In this document: piece by piece, positions 60,978 through 64,000 of the stretch | How positions within the stretch are numbered: the first letter of the stretch is position 1 | Layout: each line of letters opens with the position of its first letter | Origin: an uncultured Pseudomonadota bacterium | GTDB lineage: Bacteria > Oederibacteriota > Muellerivitia > Muellerivitales > Muellerivitaceae | DNA: 64,000 bases | Assembly (NCBI GenBank): GCA_963770835.1 | Contig: CAVYRH010000008.1 | Location: 160,001 to 224,000 of the forward strand | Reading direction: 5' to 3' | Notes under the pieces: model-generated | What the model was told of the DNA's origin: nothing | Databases searched by the model: none | What the model saw: only the letters and a program-made list of their open reading frames with translations | Program-made: the position numbers and the translations under genes

Positions 60978-62909
60978 ATGCGTTCATCCTGTTTAAGCAT
61001 TCTCGGATGGATAGTAGTCACCTTGACCGCCTCCGCGGCTTCCGCCCAATTACAGCTACCCTCCTTGATCGGCGATCACATGGTTTTCCAAAGCGGAAAA
61101 CCCGCGGTTGCCTGGGGGAAGGACAAGCCGGGCGAAAAAATCGAACTTTCCATGGGAGGCAAATCAACCACCGTGAAAGCCGACGCCCGGGGGCGTTGGA
61201 AAACCTCCCTTCCGCCGTTTTCCCCCGGCGGCCCCTACGAACTTACCATCACCGGCTCCACTTCCGTCACGGTCCACGACGTGTTGGTGGGCGAGGTCTG
61301 GCTGGCGTCCGGCCAATCCAACATGGCATTCCGCATGGACCAACTCCGCGGCCCGGAGGTGGCCATCGCCGAGGCGCACGACCTCCAAATCCGGCTTTTC
61401 CTTCAAGCGCCTTTCATCGCCCCCAATCCCCTGGACCGGCCGAGGGGCCAATGGGAAGTCTGCTCGCCTGAATCGGCCAGGAGTTTTTCGGCGGTGGCCT
61501 ATTACTTCGGCCGGAACCTCCGCCAAAAATTGAGGGAACCCGTGGGGCTCATTGCCGCCAGCTACGGGGGCTCCTATGCCGAAAGTTGGACGCCCGAAAA
61601 GGTCCTGAAATCCAGTCCGGCCTTCAAGCCCATTTGGGAGCGCTGGAACAAGGTCCCCGCAGCCGAAAGAACAGGCTGGTTCACGGGCCATTTTCCCGTG
61701 GACTTGGCGGTCCGCAACCTCCATTTCATTCCCCGCGATCCTTCCCAAATACCCCTGGCCGTCCGGGCCGCCGGAGTCTCCTCCCCCGCCACGGACATCA
61801 ACGAACCCGGGATCTGGGGTTGGAGCGTTCAGCAAGGTTCCGGCCTTTATGTCACCGTTTCCGACAACACCCCCCGGATGCGGGGGAATTTCCTGAGGGA
61901 CGCCTGGGGATTCATGACCACCCACTTGGGCCTTAAAGGAAAAACCCTAGACCTGTCGCCTTATGAGGCCGTGGAATTCGACGCTAAGGGCGACGGTAAT
62001 TACATCCTTTTCCTCTCCCAGCCCACCATCACCGATTGGGACAATTACCGCACTCCCGATCCCTTCCTGGTTTCAACTAAATGGAAGCATTACCGCATCG
62101 CCTTCCCATCGTTGAAACAGTCCGGCTGGGGCAAATCCCACTCCTTCACACCGGAGGCCGTTTCGAACATTTCCTTTGGGGTTGATCCTAAATCTTTGAT
62201 CGCGATTCCCTCCGTGTTCTATAACGGAATGATCAGTCCCTTCACAGCCTTCCCCATCAAAGGGGTGATTTGGTACCAGGGCGAGTCCAATACCATTCAC
62301 GCGGATGAATACGCAAAGCTGTTGGAAAGTATGATCGAAGGCTGGCGGAAAGCCTGGGGGGACCCCCAATTGTCTTTTGTGCTGGCCCAGTTGCCGAACT
62401 TCATCCCGGGGCCCGGCGCGGGCCAGTGGGGCGAATTAAGGGACGAACAGCGCCGGGTGGCTGAATTTCCCAACAACGCCATGGCCGTCCTAATCGACTT
62501 GGGCGAACCCCATGATATCCATCCGAAGGACAAGGCAGACGTGGGAGCCCGCCTAGCCCAAGCCGCCCTGGCTTCCGCCTACGGCCAAAAAGACGCCCCA
62601 TTAAGCCCGATTTTCGAAAGCGTGGATGCTGAAGGAAATAAAGTCCGGATTCATTTTAAAAACGCGGAAGGGGGTTTGGAGGCCAAAGGAGGGGATTTAA
62701 AGGGCTTTGAACTGGCCGGCGCCGATGGGAAATTCGTCCCTGCCCAAGGGCGGATTGAAAAGGAAATGGTGGTAGTTTGGAGCGACCAAGTAGCCGAACC
62801 CAAGGCGGTCCGCTATGCCTGGGCGGACGATCCGGTCTTCAACCTCTACGGCAAAAACGGGCTACCTGCGTCTCCCTTCCAATCGACGGATCTTTCGCCG
62901 AAAAGATGA
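60978..62909 (+). CDS. SASA-family (sialate O-acetylesterase-like) esterase with an inserted CBM11-like domain
   Basis: GEVWLASGQSNM, FSAVAYYFG, WYQGESN, DIHP and VRYAW. Confidence 0.92.
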   Translation: MRSSCLSILGWIVVTLTASAASAQLQLPSLIGDHMVFQSGKPAVAWGKDKPGEKIELSMGGKSTTVKADARGRWKTSLPPFSPGGPYELTITGSTSVTVHDVLVGEVWLASGQSNMAFRMDQLRGPEVAIAEAHDLQIRLFLQAPFIAPNPLDRPRGQWEVCSPESARSFSAVAYYFGRNLRQKLREPVGLIAASYGGSYAESWTPEKVLKSSPAFKPIWERWNKVPAAERTGWFTGHFPVDLAVRNLHFIPRDPSQIPLAVRAAGVSSPATDINEPGIWGWSVQQGSGLYVTVSDNTPRMRGNFLRDAWGFMTTHLGLKGKTLDLSPYEAVEFDAKGDGNYILFLSQPTITDWDNYRTPDPFLVSTKWKHYRIAFPSLKQSGWGKSHSFTPEAVSNISFGVDPKSLIAIPSVFYNGMISPFTAFPIKGVIWYQGESNTIHADEYAKLLESMIEGWRKAWGDPQLSFVLAQLPNFIPGPGAGQWGELRDEQRRVAEFPNNAMAVLIDLGEPHDIHPKDKADVGARLAQAALASAYGQKDAPLSPIFESVDAEGNKVRIHFKNAEGGLEAKGGDLKGFELAGADGKFVPAQGRIEKEMVVVWSDQVAEPKAVRYAWADDPVFNLYGKNGLPASPFQSTDLSPKR

Positions 62910-62979
62910 AAAGAAGGTTGGGGGCGACCCGTCCCCGGGTTGGACTCGAACCAAGCAATCGCGTTTCCGTTACCCGCAA

Positions 62980-63564
62980 TCACTTCATTTCCACCCAACC
63001 AATATAATCCAACTCTCGATATCGTCCATCCAAGTCCATCCCATACCCAAAAAGCCAATAATCCTCGAGGCCCTTTAGGGCCAAAACACTGCGGTCCAAG
63101 TTCAGGTCGAATCCCAGGAAATCCACAGGGCCGCTCTGGGCCCCGAATTTACGGGTCAAGACGGCTGTTTTTACTTCTCCAGCTCCCAAGGCCGTCACTT
63201 CGGCTTTTAACAGTTTGAGGGTGGCGCCGGAATCCACCAGGTCGTCCACTAATAGCACCGGCGATTGGTTTAGGACGTTCGGATCAAGGATGCCGCCCTG
63301 TAGTTCCCTGGTTTCGAGGAGACTTTTGCCGTCCGTGCCCTTGATACGGATTTCATGAACCTTGATTTCAAGTTCCGGAATGATCATTTTCAAATTGGTC
63401 ATTAGGTCCCGGGCGAAAGGCTTTGCGCCCTCCATCACGGAGATCAAATTGAGGGACTTTTGTGATTTGGATTGAAGCCAACCGGCGACTTCTTGCGCGA
63501 CCTTTGCCACTGCGGTTTGGATTTGGGATTTGTTGAAAATGATGGTTTGAAGGGAGTCGGGCAT
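62980..63564 (-). CDS. hpt: Hypoxanthine phosphoribosyltransferase-like protein
   Basis: VLLVDDLVDSGATL PRPP loop; FGYGMD..YRELDYI. Confidence 0.8.
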   Translation of the reverse strand: MPDSLQTIIFNKSQIQTAVAKVAQEVAGWLQSKSQKSLNLISVMEGAKPFARDLMTNLKMIIPELEIKVHEIRIKGTDGKSLLETRELQGGILDPNVLNQSPVLLVDDLVDSGATLKLLKAEVTALGAGEVKTAVLTRKFGAQSGPVDFLGFDLNLDRSVLALKGLEDYWLFGYGMDLDGRYRELDYIGWVEMK

Positions 63565-63599
63565 GGGGGGATTGTAACATCTGATAAAAAATAATTGCT

Positions 63600-63808
63600 G
63601 TCATTGCGAGCCTCGAATTTCGAGGCGGCCTTGAAGCGGTAGGCCGAATTTCGGCCTACCGTGGTTGACCCAAAGGGCCAACTACAACCAAGCTTTCAGT
63701 TCATAGGTGGTTTACGCTTTGAATTGGTCGTCAGCCAACGACATATTTTGGAACTGAGGTTGCTTCGTCATAATCGAGCCCTATCCGGGGCTCATTTCTC
63801 GCAATGAC
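63600..63808 (-). mobile_element. ~210-bp MITE, inverted copy of 60727-60938
   Basis: Reverse complement aligns along its length; terminal repeats GTCATTGCGAG/CTCGCAATGAC intact. Confidence 0.8.
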
Positions 63809-63825
63809 AGCTATTTAAATATTTT

Positions 63826-63999
63826 TTATCGGGATTTCCACTCATAGAGAAGCCGCACCTGGGGTGGGTGGCTAAGTTTAGTGGTCACCTGCGAAGCGCT
63901 ACCGGGGTTCATACCGTCTGCCGGAGGGGCGAACGCGACGATGGGAAAGGGTTTGGAGGTTCCCCACTCCATCGCGGCCTGGGTCAGGTCCACCCATTC
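63826..63999 (-). CDS. C-terminus of an unknown protein (partial)
   Basis: Open frame EWVDLTQAAMEWGTSKPF..LLYEWKSR* to the window edge. Confidence 0.55.
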   Translation of the reverse strand, partial: EWVDLTQAAMEWGTSKPFPIVAFAPPADGMNPGSASQVTTKLSHPPQVRLLYEWKSR

Positions 64000-64000
64000 A

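Overview
GC-rich, diderm bacterial genomic window. The Pro/Thr-repeat proteins with FlgD-like C-termini suggest a candidate phylum such as FCPU426, but this is inference only. (1) 0-14 kb is an accessory region: partial dnaJ, a frameshifted ParB-membrane-TraE/VirB8-like gene, repeat lipoproteins, an IS110/IS1111-type element whose ends, core and bridge-RNA guides can be read from the sequence, mazEF, and two RibD_C/DHFR genes. (2) 14-37 kb is a sigma54-controlled chemosensory cluster: cheX, cheA, a soluble Cache protein, cheW, a TonB-dependent receptor, yfiR, a CHASE8-MCP, cheW, an MCP, cheR, a dual REC protein, a hemerythrin-like protein, cheD, cheY, cheB and a duplicated unknown protein. It sits beside a six-PAS kinase/NtrC pair whose periplasmic sensor is homologous to that of one MCP. 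Four sigma54 promoters share a tandem enhancer. (3) 37-64 kb holds a giant PT-repeat protein and a probable xyloglucan-utilisation locus (GH44, GH2, GH31, acetylesterase, ABC binding protein) with three tandem SLH/coiled-coil beta-barrel proteins in place of SusC/D. Several REP/MITE families are scattered through the window, including an inverted-repeat-flanked GIY-YIG element and its deletion derivatives. Three single-base frameshifts may be sequencing errors. No CRISPR, rRNA or tRNA was seen.
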